DNA of 64,000 nt from positions 434,001 to 498,000 of the forward strand of contig MU054026.1 of the NCBI GenBank assembly GCA_013239625.1, read 5' to 3'. The notes beneath the pieces were generated by a model. That model was not told where the DNA came from, ran no database searches, and saw only the letters and a list, made by a program, of their open reading frames with translations. The translations under genes and the position numbers were made by a program. This DNA comes from Lama guanicoe. Lineage: Eukaryota. Below are positions 49,311 through 62,859 of this stretch, piece after piece; within the stretch, counting starts at the first letter, position 1; the number at the start of each line of letters is the position of its first letter.

Positions 49311-50244
49311 TTATCAGTGGTCAGATTTCTAGTTTCTAAAGTTTTGTGTTTTGGAGTGTGAAAATTAGCTCAAGGGACCTCCTCAGTTGTTCTGTAGAGG
49401 ACCGGGAGCTCTAATATCAAGCATACTCATCAAAAGTTCCTGAAATTGAAGATGCTAATCAGACTGTCCACGAAGTGACCAGACGTGGTCAAAAGATCAA
49501 GGACAGTCCTTGTCTCTCTGGGTGTCTCTCAGGGTGACTTTAGCCAGCACCTTCACCCAAAATATTTTCTATTTCTCTTTTGCAACACAATTCCCAGCTG
49601 GTTGCAATATATAAATTGCACTAACAACAAATCTTGAAAGATAATGTGTTCACTTTGGAAATGGGATGATTTCAGGAGCCCTAAAGAAGACTCTAAATCA
49701 TAACTAGAATGCTATCTTAGTCATGGAAAAGTGTAATATTACTAAAAGTCCTTATGTTTGCAGAGTATAATAGAAATTACAACATGCTTTTATATTTATG
49801 AGTTCTTTTAAGCATTCTTTTTTTCTTGATTTATTCACAACTGTTCCATGAGTCTGTAACTCTGGCACTGCAGGTTAGTCGCTCAGCTAAGCAGTGGGGA
49901 TGCAAAGCTTGGACTCAGGGCCTTCTGATTTTAGCTTCAGTGCTCTTTCTGCTACGTGAGGTGCTACGTCTCCTGGCATCTACTGTAGGCTGATATTCCT
50001 CCAGAATTATACTATGTACTCATAGCATGAAACAATGAAATACATAAAAAAGATTAAACTTTGCATTTAATTATTGTGGAGTAAGCACGTAGCTATTTGC
50101 TAAATTTCTCACTTTTTAACTGTGTCCGTTTTGATTATTCCGTTCCCATGCCATTTTGGTTGGTAAGTATTTTGCGTATCACCTGGTTATGACTCCATCA
50201 CCAGTCTACATTTTCTTTGTTTGCTGTTGTTTTCTAATTAAAAA

Positions 50245-50665
50245 AATTTTGCATTGCGATACAGTACAAATAACACTACCATCTTAACCATTATAAAGTG
50301 CACAGTTCAGCAGCATTAATTGTTCAGCCAATCACCAGAACTCTTTTCATCTTGCAAAACTGAAACTCTATACCCACTGAAGAATTCCCCATTCCTCCTT
50401 CTCCCTCAGCAGCTGGCAACACACCTTCTGTTTCTGCGAATTTTGCTATGAATTACTCTATATAGCACATATAAGTGGAATCGTACAGTGTTTGTCTTTT
50501 TATGACTGGCTTATCTCACTTAGCATAAAATCCTTCAGGTTTATTCATGTTGTAACATGTGTCAGAGTTTCTTTCATTGTATGGGTACTACCTTTTGTTT
50601 ATCCATCCATCCATCCATCCACTGATGCCCACTTGGGCTGTTGCCACCGTTTGGCTATTGTGAAC
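50245..50665 (-). mobile_element. Old L1 3' fragment
   Basis: ccatcttaaccattataaagtgcacagttcag...cagaactcttttcatcttgcaaaactgaaactct...ttggctattgtgaa. Confidence 0.85.
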
Positions 50666-52149
50666 AAAAGTAAAATGAGCATGAGGTTAAAAAGTGAATG
50701 CATTTCTAAAGGGCTTACAATGTCCTTATTCTCATCAGTTTGCCCTCTTGTCATGTTCCCCAGAGGCAACCTTTTTCAACTCTTTTGTTTGTCCTTCTGG
50801 TCCTTGAATCCACAGTCTTAAATAATATGCTAATACTGTGATTTCTTGATTTATCTCTTATCTTATTTTGTGACTATAGCAAAGATTTAGCATTCTTCAA
50901 CCACCCTCTCCTTCTGTCCCTCCCATTCTCCCACTGTGGCTATGTGAATATGTTTAGTTAATTCAGTAATACTATGTCATTTACTTCTGAGCTATGTATT
51001 GTAAATAAATCATGGTTCCTTTCTTTTTTCCCTTAGATTTAATAATTGCCTCATTTTAAAGTATGGTCTATTTTCGATGTAGTTTCTCTATATCTAGTAC
51101 TAATACTTTCGATAAACTCCAATGGCTTCTTACTACAAGCTTGGATAGAGTCGATTATGTCAGGCAGTTCATGAATACCTGGTTTCCTGGGCGTGCTCCC
51201 TCCTGGAAGCCCTCTGTTCTCACACTTGTCCAGTCTACAAGAATTGACTTCAGACAGGCTCCATTGTCTGAACTGAACTAGCTGCTCAGCTTCGGGAACA
51301 GTGTTGGACAGAATTAGTCCCTCTCCTCATTGGCTCAGGTCTGATTTGTTCATCTATTAATCCTTTGAACCCCTTTTTCAAGTGTGCTCTGGGGCCCAAC
51401 CCTACCCCCAGGAGCTGGAGATGGGTCAGAGGGTTGGCGTGGAGAGACACTGCAAAAATCTCAATTTCCTCATCTCTACAGTTGGAATTATAAAGTTTAC
51501 ATCACAGAATCCTTCTGAAAATCAATTGCTATCAGCTCGCTGGAAGCGCTTACTAAATGGTGGAAATAGAAGGTGACATTATTTTTATGCAAGAAAGAAC
51601 AAAACAGTTAATGCATGGAGCGTCCTACAGTACACATCGGCAGATACAGTGAGCGATAAGCTTCTCTTGTGTGGGAGCTGGGTGCTGGTCAATGTTACAT
51701 TTTTGGTCCCTTGCATGGTGTCTGACATGTGATGAATGTTTGAAGGAAGAATAAATTAGTTTCGTAAGAAAATAAGAAGTCAGTGCCAGAGGAAATGTAC
51801 AGAAAGTAAATCCTATGGCAGCTCACGGAAGTGAGAAAATTCATTTATGCGGAGAGATGTTACGGCAATTTTTGTGCAGGCTCAATTTAAGAGAGAATTT
51901 TCTAAAAATAGAATGATTAACTATGGAATGAATTGTCATAAGATTATCATACATGGAGGTGAGTTCTTTGCCCTGGAAGTATTCTACAGAAGGCTAGAAA
52001 AAAATCACTGGTCAGAAATCTTCTGTACTGTATGTAATAAAAATATAATAATCTAGTACTAATGCCTACACATTTTCAAAGTAATTTTCCATTAATCTTT
52101 TCATTTGATTCTTACTATGATTACAGTACTGTGAAAGTGGCAGCAATAC

Positions 52150-52395
52150 ATGCTAAGCACTTTTCTACATGTATTATTAATGTATTAATTATTATACTAT
52201 ATTAATTACATATTAATATAATGTATGTAAATCCACTTAATCCTCAGGAAGCCTTGTGAGGCAGGTCACCATTATTATCCTTATTAGCCAATGAAACTAA
52301 GGCAAGATGTTAAATCACTTCTAAGCTGAATGGCAGAGCTGGGACTTGAACACCTGCCATCCAAGCCATCATGTGTGTGCTCTTCACCATTACAC
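52150..52395 (-). mobile_element. MIR
   Basis: cacttaatcctca...gtgaggcagg...attattatcc...tggcagagctgggacttgaac. Confidence 0.7.
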
Positions 52396-53099
52396 CGTGT
52401 GGCTGAGAAGCAAACTCTGGTGCCTGACTGGCTCTGGCCTGAGTGATGTAGGCACACCAGAGAGGGGCAGCCCCCTCTAAAGAGGACAGCCGACCCTCAG
52501 TTCCAGGCAGTTTTGGCCACGCTGGAAGGCATGTCCAGGGTTGCTAGATCTTCTGAATTTTATAAGGCATCAACCAGTTTTTAAACGGACCAATTAAGCA
52601 AATGTATGCTTTAATATGTGTATATGTGTACGTATGTACATATATACCTCTGTGTTAATGTACATTTATGTATATCAAAACAGTGTTCACACTGAAGAAG
52701 ACTGTGGGCTGGGTTTGTTGCTTGCTCCATAAGCATGTGACCCCTTCTTCACTGCCACCTGGGGAAGTCACACCTTTTCTGACACGCAGGAGAGGTTAAT
52801 TGACTTGCTCAAGGTGTTAATAGTCAACTCTGGGCAGAAGGAAGGCCTGGCTTTTGTCTCTTTGGCATGTCCATTCTGTACCATGTTAACATAAAGATGA
52901 GGTGAAGAAAGGAAGGGGGGCCCCGCATGGGGAATACATCTTAGTGTCCCCGTAGTTGATGAAAATTGCCACCAGCGCTTTGCTGTTCTCATCATTGAGA
53001 GATGGAGACTAATTCTGCTCCCCTAGCCATTTGTTTGCTTCCCCCAAGGAACGTGAAAGAAACGATGTTCTAGGACTCGTGAGATTAGTCGTAAGAAGC

Positions 53100-53488
53100 C
53101 TTTCAGCATCAGCTGGAGCCTTTTGGTACACTTGCTCTTGGGATGCTGTCTCTGGAATCTGGCCACCTGCTGTGAGAAGGCCAAGACACATGGAAAGGCC
53201 AAGTGTCAGCTCTCGGGCCGACAGCTGTAGCTGGGCTCCCAGCCACCTGCCAGCATCCACTGTGCCAGGCGTCCTGCCCAGGTCTCAGAGCAGAAGCAGA
53301 GATGCCATCCTGGATGTGAACCCTTCCTCCTCCGCTGTCCCAGCTAATGCTGCAGCATCCAGATTGCAACTCCCTAGTCCCGCCTCTTCTGAATTCCTGA
53401 CCCACAAAAGCATGAGCCAAATAAAATCATCCTTTCAAGCTACTACACTTTGGGGTTGTTTGTTGCACAGCAACAGAAAACCAGAACC
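53100..53488 (+). mobile_element. MLT1-type MaLR LTR fragment
   Basis: cacttgctcttggga...gctgtgagaaggccaag.cacatgg...gaattcctgaccc...tttggggttgtttgtt.cacagcaa. Confidence 0.7.
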
Positions 53489-55650
53489 ATCTTTTTAATT
53501 AATTTACTCAGGAAAATACTCCACAGCTGCCTCTTCCTCTCCGCCCACTTTACCTCCAAGTTCTCCTGGAGAAATTGCATTCACTGCTGGGACTTCACGC
53601 AAGCCTGGCTGTGTAAAGGAGTCATTTTTGTAAGCGATGACCTGGGAGGTTCCATTTTTGTGCTGAATGCATTTGTCACTTGGACAAGGCTGACAGGTAG
53701 AAACCCTCAGACAAAGGGGAGGTGAGTGGCATCTGAGTGTGTGTCCCTGGCCATAGGATTTGTCACCCCATCTCTGTGGGCCTTTGGAAGATGAGTAGAG
53801 TTGGGAGGATGAAATGATCCCAGGTCCTCTTAGGATTCCACCAGGATTTGCAGCGTTGATTGGAAGTGGCTGCCGCGGGAAGAGAGAGCAAAGTGTGGTC
53901 CCAGTGTTGCTGTGTCTGACGGTCTGACGCGTGTGGATGCGCCAGACAGTGTAATCTTGAATCCACCCAGATGGCTCTTCATTTCATCTCACCATAAGCA
54001 GCATGGCAGGGGCAGAGGGTATAAAATGAACAAATATGCTATTTTCTTTGAAAAGCTACAGACTAAAAGAATATATGTGTGCACGTACATACACACACAC
54101 ATATATATAACATCTCTTTATATATATACACACATTTATATACATGCACACCTTTTATACATATATGTAAAAATAAAACGAATTTGTTCCTTGGTTTGGG
54201 GTTGTAGAGTCTAAACAGGAAATGGCTTTGTTAGTATCTGGCCACTTCCTGCAGCATGCTTTATCTTATTTCCCTTCTTTGCCTTTTGATGACATTTTGG
54301 GCAGATTCCATAGCTGTCCGATCCGTTTTACTCCTTCTTGACAATCTGAAGTCCCTTTCTGGCATTCAAAAGCCCAGTTCTGTCCTTTTAAAAACTCTCA
54401 GATCACATCTAATTTAAGGCTTCTCTTACTTACTCAGAGTAGGTTTAACTTGTGTCTTGGTGACCTGTGGGGACCAGTGTGATCCATTCTCTCTGTCACC
54501 TTCCCCCATCCTGCTTCATGTCCCCCCAGGGTTGGGAGAGGTAAGGTCAGGCATTGGCCTTTGCAAGGGGAAGGGAGGCAACGGGCACACGGCTGCTGGC
54601 TCGTCAGGCTGGCATCCACGCCCTTGGCTGTAACAGGTGTCCAGATGCCACAGGAAGCACGTTGTAGGTTGTTCCTGGGACCTGCTGCGGTGCGCCAACA
54701 CCCCACCTCCAGCATGGGGATTCCTGCTGTGCAGTTTCCTAACACAAGGGCCACATTTTTCCGGGTGGCTCTTGGCAACCCCTTTTTTAACCCCTGTCCC
54801 TCTGAGGTCAGTCTACAAGCATCCAGCCTTCCTGGGCAGGACCTCATCAAGTTACCTCTCGCTTGGCCGTCCTCTGCGCCTGCAGCTTGGTCCACAGAAA
54901 ACTCTCCTACACTTGTCGAGCCCAACACTCTTCTGATGCTGCCCGATGGGCTCTCATTGCTATCCTGGGTCTCTGGGCAGCCCTGTGTCCCCAGAGTCCT
55001 TCGGGTGCCAAGCGGGTTTCAGTCTCCATCCACATATGTCCTGCCAAGGACACTCACTCTGTGCTTCACGTGGACCCCAGGCTGCTGTGATCCTGTGGCA
55101 CAGTGACACCCAGTGGGGACTGGGATTCCAGCCTCCCCTCTCGCAGCCACACCAGGATCTACAGGTAATGCTCTTCAAGCCCTTCCTCCAGGACTTGGGA
55201 TGAGAAACGCCGAGAACTTCCTAGTCATGTACTGACACTCCGTTCACGCTTCCAGAGTTCTGTCACTCAGCCTGGGTGGCCCAGCGGACTTCAGCTCCCC
55301 CTTAGAATGTGTCAGTTCTCATCTATTGTCCTCACTTGGAGCCTAGATTCCGGGACAACAGGACACATCTCATTAAATACCAACTACTCTGAACCACGTT
55401 GATAGGTGTGAGTGGAGCCAGACACTACGCCAGCTCAAGGGCAGGAGGAGAGGCCAGGCGTCCGGGAGGAGTGGGTTCTGGAAACACAGTGAGGAGGAAG
55501 CTCCAGGAAGAGGCGTGAAAACAAGCTTGACGACAGAGAGTTGGGTGAACCCAAAGCACAGCAATTTGTGGGTCAGATCTTGTGGGGGAGAAGCGGGGAG
55601 TCAAGACTGCAGAGGGCTCCCCCGGGAGCCAGAGCATAGGGCGGTGGGGC

Positions 55651-56450
55651 TGTTACTGGGAGGGGGCAAATGAGAATTACCTCGGTTCTTAGTCACCTGA
55701 AAAAAAAAAAAAGAATTTTTAATGAGAGACAGAAAGTGTCATATAAACAAGATTTTATTAGTCAAGTAAAAGAGTGGTAAAACATAGAGCAGTCCCAACC
55801 CAGAATTGGGAGCCGGCCAGTCCAAGAGAGGAACGATGGTGCCACACCTTTGTTTTTCTTGCTTTTTAAAAAAATTTTTTTTTTATTGAAGTATAGTTAG
55901 TTTACAATGCTGTGCAAGTTGTCTTTTTTTGTGGTTTTCATATATATATATTTTTTTAATGGAAGTACTGGGGATTGAACCCAGGACGTCGTGAAAGCTA
56001 AGCGTGCGCTCTTACCACTGAGCTGCACCCTGCTCCCCCCTTTCCTGCTTTTTATATCCTGGCTTAGGGGCGTTTTCATGACTGACTGATACATGGCTCA
56101 GGTTGTCTGAGGGATCAGGCTGACTGGCAGCTCTGGTTCCTTGAGCTCAGGCGTGCCCATCCCCTTTTGGGCAGGTTCTTACCGATGAAGCACACAGAGA
56201 AACCCACGGGAGGGGCTCAGACTGTAATGTTAATTACATTGCAATGAGCATCCGGTCAGGTTAAGCCGGGTCCTTCCCTCTATTGCACAGATGCAGCAGT
56301 GGATCCCAGCTGCTTCCTTGCTGGCCCTCATTTAGGGAACGTTTTTAGAGCCCCTTATCCCGCGTGCAGACACATTGTTATTTTCTGGGTTGCTCCCTTC
56401 CCCCTTCCTTTCCCCTTGCCCGGTGCTCATTTCTGTCTAACTGCCTAACA
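55651..56450 (-). mobile_element. Solo LTR containing a nested SINE plus L1 tail
   Basis: tgttactggg ... ctgcctaaca; exact TSD GGGC. Confidence 0.9.
55869..56040 (-). mobile_element. Vic-1-like SINE (about 55921-56040) abutting an L1 3' tail (about 55869-55920)
   Basis: gtactgggattgaacccagg...taccactgagctgcaccc; ttattgaagtatagttagtttacaatg; outer TSD tttcttgcttttta/tttcctgcttttta. Confidence 0.85.
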
Positions 56451-57709
56451 GGGCCACTGAAGGGCTGTACGTAAAGGGGTGCATTTGCTCATCAGCAGGG
56501 TCCTAGGCTGGGGATCTGGGAGAGCAGTTAAGAGACTTGCGCCAGACCTAGATGGGAGATAACAAAGGCTTGCTTTAGGAGGATAGACTTGGAGAGGAGG
56601 GCTGGCTGGTGAATGATCTTCAGACAGAGCCTAGAAATTGACTAGCTCGGTGGCACCCAGGGCTCTGGGTGGGTGGGTGGGGGTGAAATCTTGTCCAGGC
56701 CCCTCAGGTAAGCCTATTTACCTTCAAAATTTTACCTTCTTACATCTCCCTCAGATCCCCAGTTATCCTGTGTTCTCTTCACCTTCTGTGTTCCCCTCTG
56801 GAGGAGTGACAGCCAGTGGTAAAAGGATGGCAAAGTATTTGTTGGTGGTGGATCAAGTTCATATGGCCACAGTCCACTCTTGGCCACCTCAGTGAGACTG
56901 AGAGAAGTAGGTATATGAAAACTCTAACCTGAGAAAATGCAGGGAACTCTTATGTTTAAGTAGACATTGTTTGCAACTCATTTGGCAATTAATCATGAAC
57001 TATCTGTGACATTTCTTCTCTAGTTATCTGAAATTGTTATTTAAGTCTATAAATCCACTTGCCCTATCCCTTGGGGCTCTGCTCTTCGGTTTCCAAGGTG
57101 ACAGCTAGCTGGCAGGTGGATTAACTCATGCTAAGCTGTTAGTTACTACCCTAGAAGGCAACTCTGAGTAACGCCATGCATTTTAAACCTAGTAACATTC
57201 AGGCTTCTTTTAGAAGAGGGGGGAAAAAAAACTTCAGTCCCAAAGAATTGGCCTAGATAATTTTAAATTACAACATTAATTAAATAAGTGTGTAGAACAT
57301 TTGAATTTGCCAAATAGGTTCCTTTACTTTATGTACTTTAATTCAGATTGAATAAGACTCTGAACCCTCATCCTGCCAGGCCAGCAGGAAATTGAATCTT
57401 CATCTTATTAGGACTCGCTGCTGCTCAGCTGACACCGCCACTAAAGGTCACGTAAAGGGCTTAGGAGGCTCGTAGACAGTGACAAAGCATGGCAGTCATT
57501 GTCCCTGCTGGTAATCATTGAGATGGCTCATCCGGGTTCCCAGCGCAACTTAAACCCTACTGCTCTGCTCCTCTCAGACCATGTTTGGGGCCCAGGAATT
57601 GGGCCCGAGACCCTAGTAGCTAATTCACCAAGGGGTATCTCTTCAAGGGTTAGCTCCTTAATAAGGGAAGCTTTCTCAAAAATCCCTGTGCACTGTGGTC
57701 TTCCAGGAG

Positions 57710-58227
57710 TGTTACCGAGTCCAAACTCGTTCTGCTCGCTGCACAACAGGCCAATAAATTGGGAGATGAGCTGTTGGGGCAAGGAATAGTGACTTTACTG
57801 TGAAAGCCAGCAGACTGAGAAGATGCGGGGCTACTGTCGTGGAAAACCATCTTCCCCAAGTCAGAATTTAAGTCCCTTTTATATTAAAAAGAGGAGGGGA
57901 TGTGGTTGGTTGTTGCAAACTTCTTGGTGTCAGGATCCTTTGTTCTTGCAGCTGTCCACATAGGTCAGGTCATGGTGTCCCTGTAGACTCCAACAAGACA
58001 AATGTTGTTTTCTCTTCTGCAACTTTTTATCTTTATATGAATGGTAAAGTGTTATACGCTTAAAGGTCAGAGCCTTGAGAATGGGCTTCCCTATATATTT
58101 CAGGCTAAAGGCAGCATCCTTTTACAAAAGGTGCAGAGCCAGCATGACTCAGCACAGGAAACAGAGCAAGGGTTAGAGTCAAAGGAATAGATCTAATATG
58201 AAGTCAGATTTGCGCTTCCCTGTTACA
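57710..58227 (-). mobile_element. Solo LTR, family B
   Basis: Begins tgttaccgagtccaaactcgttctgctc, the reverse complement of the 22704-23141 end; TSD ggag/gtag. Confidence 0.9.
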
Positions 58228-59076
58228 GTAGCTCCATTCATGGCCCCACAAGTGCCCCTGATGTGAGAGAGCACTGAGCACCAGATTAACGTCTGAAGCA
58301 CGCAGACTGCAAACAACTTAACATCCTGACAATTCTCTCACCTCTTTAACAATCATAAAACGTAGACATGTGTTTTAATGCCTCTTGCTCTTGGCGCAAT
58401 AATGAACATAAAAAGTTATTAATGAAATAGAAACAAAAATGCAACCCAAGAAAATGTACATTAACAATATTACTCATATGTGATGATGATATTTGAAAAA
58501 AAAAATTGTTCCAGGCAGCACTGTGGCTCTGACTACTATGACACAGCCCTTTTGAGATCAGCATGAGTGTGCCATTAAGTGTTGTCTGATGATGACTCAA
58601 TTTGCCCGCAGAATTTCCTTTCAGACAGTCAGCTACGATGCTCTTTGGATTCCACATTGTGCAAAAATGATTATTTATGTAATAAGCATGCTGTACTGTT
58701 TTTCCACTTTTTCTGGAACAATTAAAAATTAAAGGAGTGCCAGTTGGTACCAACTCCATCACTGACACAAACACAAAGCTTGGACACAGAAATCATGGGG
58801 TAGTGTTTGGTTATTAGATGGTCATTAAGATAAGCTGTTGTATATTCACCATTTTAAAACATAATTGAAATGCAAATAGAAAATTAAGAATTTTTGTTTT
58901 TGGATTGAGTGCTTTGAATTGCAGGCAGCTGCCTGTGGATCCCAGGCCCCAGGAAAGCAGTTTGGAAACATTGCTATATTGGTTCATGAGACTGAGCTCT
59001 GAAGTCAGACAGAGCTGACTTTGAATTCTGCCTCAGTTTTCACGGTTACAACATATGAATGGTAATCTCTGCCTTC

Positions 59077-60202
59077 TGTATTTGTTTGGTAGTGCTCTCT
59101 CAGAGCAGGCAGACAGCTAGATGTGAGCAGACACAGAGGGGACACAGGCCAGATGGCAGGAACTGGGTAGGAAGGAGGCACACAGGCCAAATGCAGGAAA
59201 CCAGACATCATGTGAGCACCAGGAGTGCCTGGGCAGAGAAAGAAAAGCAGGAACCTCTGGGCTGATAAGTTGTCACAAATTTTGGGGTGATGAGTGGCCT
59301 GGAGGCCGACAAAGACAGGCAGGAAAAGGCAGGAATCTCGTGTCTGAATGTAACCTTTTGCTCATTATGCCCTCATTTCTATAAAATTAGCCTTGCAGAT
59401 CAGAAGTACCCATCACGTACTGATGCCATGACACTTCCGATCCAGACTAAATAAGGACAAAAATCCCTCCTCCACTCGGGAAGTTGGAGTTGGGATGAAA
59501 ATCAGGGAATATGACCCCAGACCCTTCCCTCCCCAATGAATATTCTGCCCATTCAATTTTACACCCTGTGTAACCAATTTGCCAAAGACACTCAGGGCAG
59601 CTGCTCACCTGAGTCTGCCTGCTCTCCCCTTGGGAGTGTACTATCCATCCCTTAATAAATCCCCACTTTACTTTCTTAACCTCCGTAACTTGTCTCTGAA
59701 TTCTTCCTGGAACAGGGCAAGAACCTGGAACACGAGTTACACCTACCTGCAACACTTCCACAGCAAAATCCTACAAATTGGGCAACTCGGAACAATAGAC
59801 ATTCATCACCTCACAGTCCTGGAGGCTGAAAATCTGAAATCATCATGTTTGTAGGGCCTGTTTCCTCTGAAGACACTAGAGAGGGCCCTGCTCCCTGCCT
59901 CTCTCTCGGCTTCTGGTGTCCCCAGGGCTTCCTTGTCTGGTAAATGCATCACTCCCATCCCTCATCCTCACGCGGCAGCTTCCCTGTATCTGTACAGCGT
60001 CTTCCTTCTGTGCCTGTCTGTCTCTGTGTCTTTTTATGAAGGCACTAGTCCTGTTGGATTAGGGCTTGCCCTCGATAACCTCATGTTAACTCGACGGTCT
60101 CTGTAAAGACTCTATTTCCAAATAAAATCACATTCCGAGATACTGGGGGTAGGACTTCAACACATGTTTTTTTGGGGGGAGGATGCAATTCAAACCACAG
60201 CA
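59077..60202 (-). mobile_element. MLT1-type MaLR LTR split by a family A LTR
   Basis: tgtatttgttt|...|ctcacagtcctggaggctg...ggattagggc...ctctatttccaaataaaatcacattc...aattcaaaccacagca. Confidence 0.85.
59098..59754 (+). mobile_element. Solo LTR, family A
   Basis: Shares long blocks with 12610-13207, e.g. ttagccttgcagatcagaagtacccatca.gtactgatgccatgacacttccgatccagact; ends ctgcaaca. Confidence 0.9.
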
Positions 60203-61727
60203 CCTTTCTTTGTGGGTCTGGGTCTGAGGGCTACAGATGATGGAGTGTAACAGCCAGGCTCATTTCAAATGCTCAGTAAGGAGCAGTCGTATGTCTGTAA
60301 GAGGATGGTTCACTGCCCCTCCCACAGACACACTCCACCAAAATGTTTATGCATACTCAAGATTAAGGCTGTCAGATTCCTTTACCTACCGTGTTAGTTT
60401 TCAAAAATCACTTCGGACCACACTGTGGGTCTTTTGATTGCATTCACTAATTATCCACATGGTCCAACAGCAGCCTAGTGAATACCAGCCCCTCAGCCCT
60501 TCTGAGTTTGAGCCGTAAGTTTGTTTTGCCTTCAAGAAGCAGGCAGCTATGTATTTTCTTCTTTACTTTTTTTTTTAGTTGGGTTTTGGGACTGAGTCTG
60601 ATTCTCCCACAAATTCAGAAAAGTAATGCCAAGCGAGGGGCAGTGAAATGAGGGATTCAGAAAGACGCTGAAAGGAAGGGACTGTGTGTGACAAGCGGCA
60701 ATATCTTGTCATGGGCATGACTGATTGTGTCTTAAGACTTTGCAAGTCTCTGTGTTTGAATACTGGGATTTCGTATTCTGTGCAGATTAGATTCCAAGAG
60801 AGAACTCTGAACAGTGGCCTTTGACTCATGGACATAAAATTTTTTTTTTTGTGATGTCTCATGCCTGTTAAAGCCAGGGATGGAGTCTGGCCCATCAAGG
60901 TGGCTGACGGTTTTTATGTGGTGGAGGGCAGCTTTACAGAGCACCCTATCAGGTAGATACACATTTGACACCAGAGCACTGAGTTATCAAATTTTCTCCA
61001 AGGGCAATCATATATCTCGGGGAATCCAGAGCCAAATTATATTTGACATTTCATTTAAAGCCCGAGACAGCTTGACGTTAAACCAGAGTCTGAGGGCGCT
61101 AAACCATGCGGCCGTTCAATTTGACAGAGAGGATGTTTCTACGCCTGTCTTTCCTGCATGGGTAACAGACAAGCCCTGATAATTCTTCCTTATTCCATCC
61201 AGATGAAAATTACCGAGTTAGCTTTCTGCTGAAATGATATGAGCTCAAAGTTATTTTCTCTCTGGCAACGTGAAGAGAGTGTCTGGAGTCGTTTAGAAGT
61301 GGCATCGTGGCTGGTATTACTCATGTGGTGGGGAGCAAAGCTGTGTTTCCTTGGCTTACATTCCAGATCGAAGAGGTCTGGGTGTGTGTCGGTGGGTCCG
61401 TCTGGTGATGTTTCCTCCAGACATAGGGGGCAGAGAGGGAGGAGGCGGGGAAACTGCCTTTAACTCGGGGGAGGGGGGTGGTGATGATTCTTGTATCTTC
61501 TTTCCTTTTTATGAGAATTTTATACTTGTCTATGTGGATTCGGGAAGGAGGGCAGAGAGGAGTAAAGGCGGCAAAAGGAATGCTAGTTTAGTCCAGTATT
61601 TTCAAGAGGGTGCAGAAATAAAATAATCTATCATCTAAAAATAGGAAGAAATGTAGATGTATTATGTTAGCATGGTGGTACCTAACATATATACAATTCA
61701 TAAAGAAATATGCATATGTCAAGAAAC

Positions 61728-62170
61728 TGTTACCAAAGGCAAGTTTAGGTGCCCCCTGCATCAAGAAGCCAAACAAAATGAAACATCAGTTTGGAGCAGA
61801 GAAGGATGGCGGGGTGGCTCATGCCCCAAAAAACCCTGAACTCCCCAAAGGGTTTCAGCAAAGCACATTTAAAAGCCAGGTAAGGGAGGAGGGTCACAGG
61901 GTACGTGATCAGCTTGTGCACAATTCTCTGATTGGTTGATGTTGAGGTCACAGAGCGTGACCCCCAGGTGCCTGAAGGTCTGGGGGCCACGTGCTCTCGA
62001 TCAAGTAGTTAATTTCTTCCCTTCGGCGGTGGTTTTTAGCATCTGAGAAACTCAAGAAATATACATGACACACTATTGTCTGGGTACTTCATAGAGGAGC
62101 TACAGCAGGGGGGTGGGGATGTGGATGGGGTCTGACCCTGGAAGTCCCCACAGGGTCCTGCTCAGTTACA
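61728..62170 (-). mobile_element. Solo LTR with termini related to 10665-11219
   Basis: tgttaccaaa ... ccccacagggtcctgctcagttaca; TSD aaac/agac. Confidence 0.85.
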
Positions 62171-62859
62171 AGACGTTGCTCAAATATATACATAATACTT
62201 TTTTTGGACTGAGGGGAGTATCTAGTCAAAAACATTTGGAGATAACCATCCAATCTCCTTTACTGGCTGGTATGTTTATTGCCTTAGGAAGTCACAGTAA
62301 CAGAGGCAGTTCATCTTGCAGTCAGGAACTATTTTATGAATAGCTAGTCAGTAAATCATTTTGTGCTGAACTTTACAACAGAAACTAAGCAAGGTGAGTG
62401 ATGACCTTTGTCCTCAAAGCACTCCCATAATGGAGAAGAGTGACTTGCTGAGGACAGGGGAACATGCATCCAATCTCTCCAAGCCCAGTGTCTGTGCCGA
62501 GCCTGCCAAGGAGATGGGGGTCAAGAACGGTGGCAGAGGGGAGGAGTGTCAGACAGAAGCCAAGGGAGAACCCACAAGGGGCAGCAGTGGTCACAGGGAA
62601 CTTGAAAGGAAGGGAAAACTTACATGCTGAGAGCCTCTGTTTCACCTGTGAACTTCCAAACGCAGCTGGCTTCTTTTTCAGACGCCCCCACACAGGACCC
62701 AGTGGCCAAAAAGGGCTCCTTGAAGGATGAGAGCAGACACATCCATCCGTCAAGCACCATCCATCATGATATTCCCCTGCTCCAGAATGTTCCTTCTGTC
62801 TCCTTTATTAGCTCTCTTTTTGAAACATTTCTATGATGTTACAGCCCACAGTGCAGGAA

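Noticed and set aside
54434..55203. 164-181 aa ORFs on both strands
   Set aside because: GC-rich non-coding DNA; TTG starts for the two longest; no splice or family support.
12610..59754. Same-family LTR pairs as ends of one provirus
   Set aside because: Copies are inverted or 46 kb apart with different flanks; no PBS, gag, pol or env seen between them.
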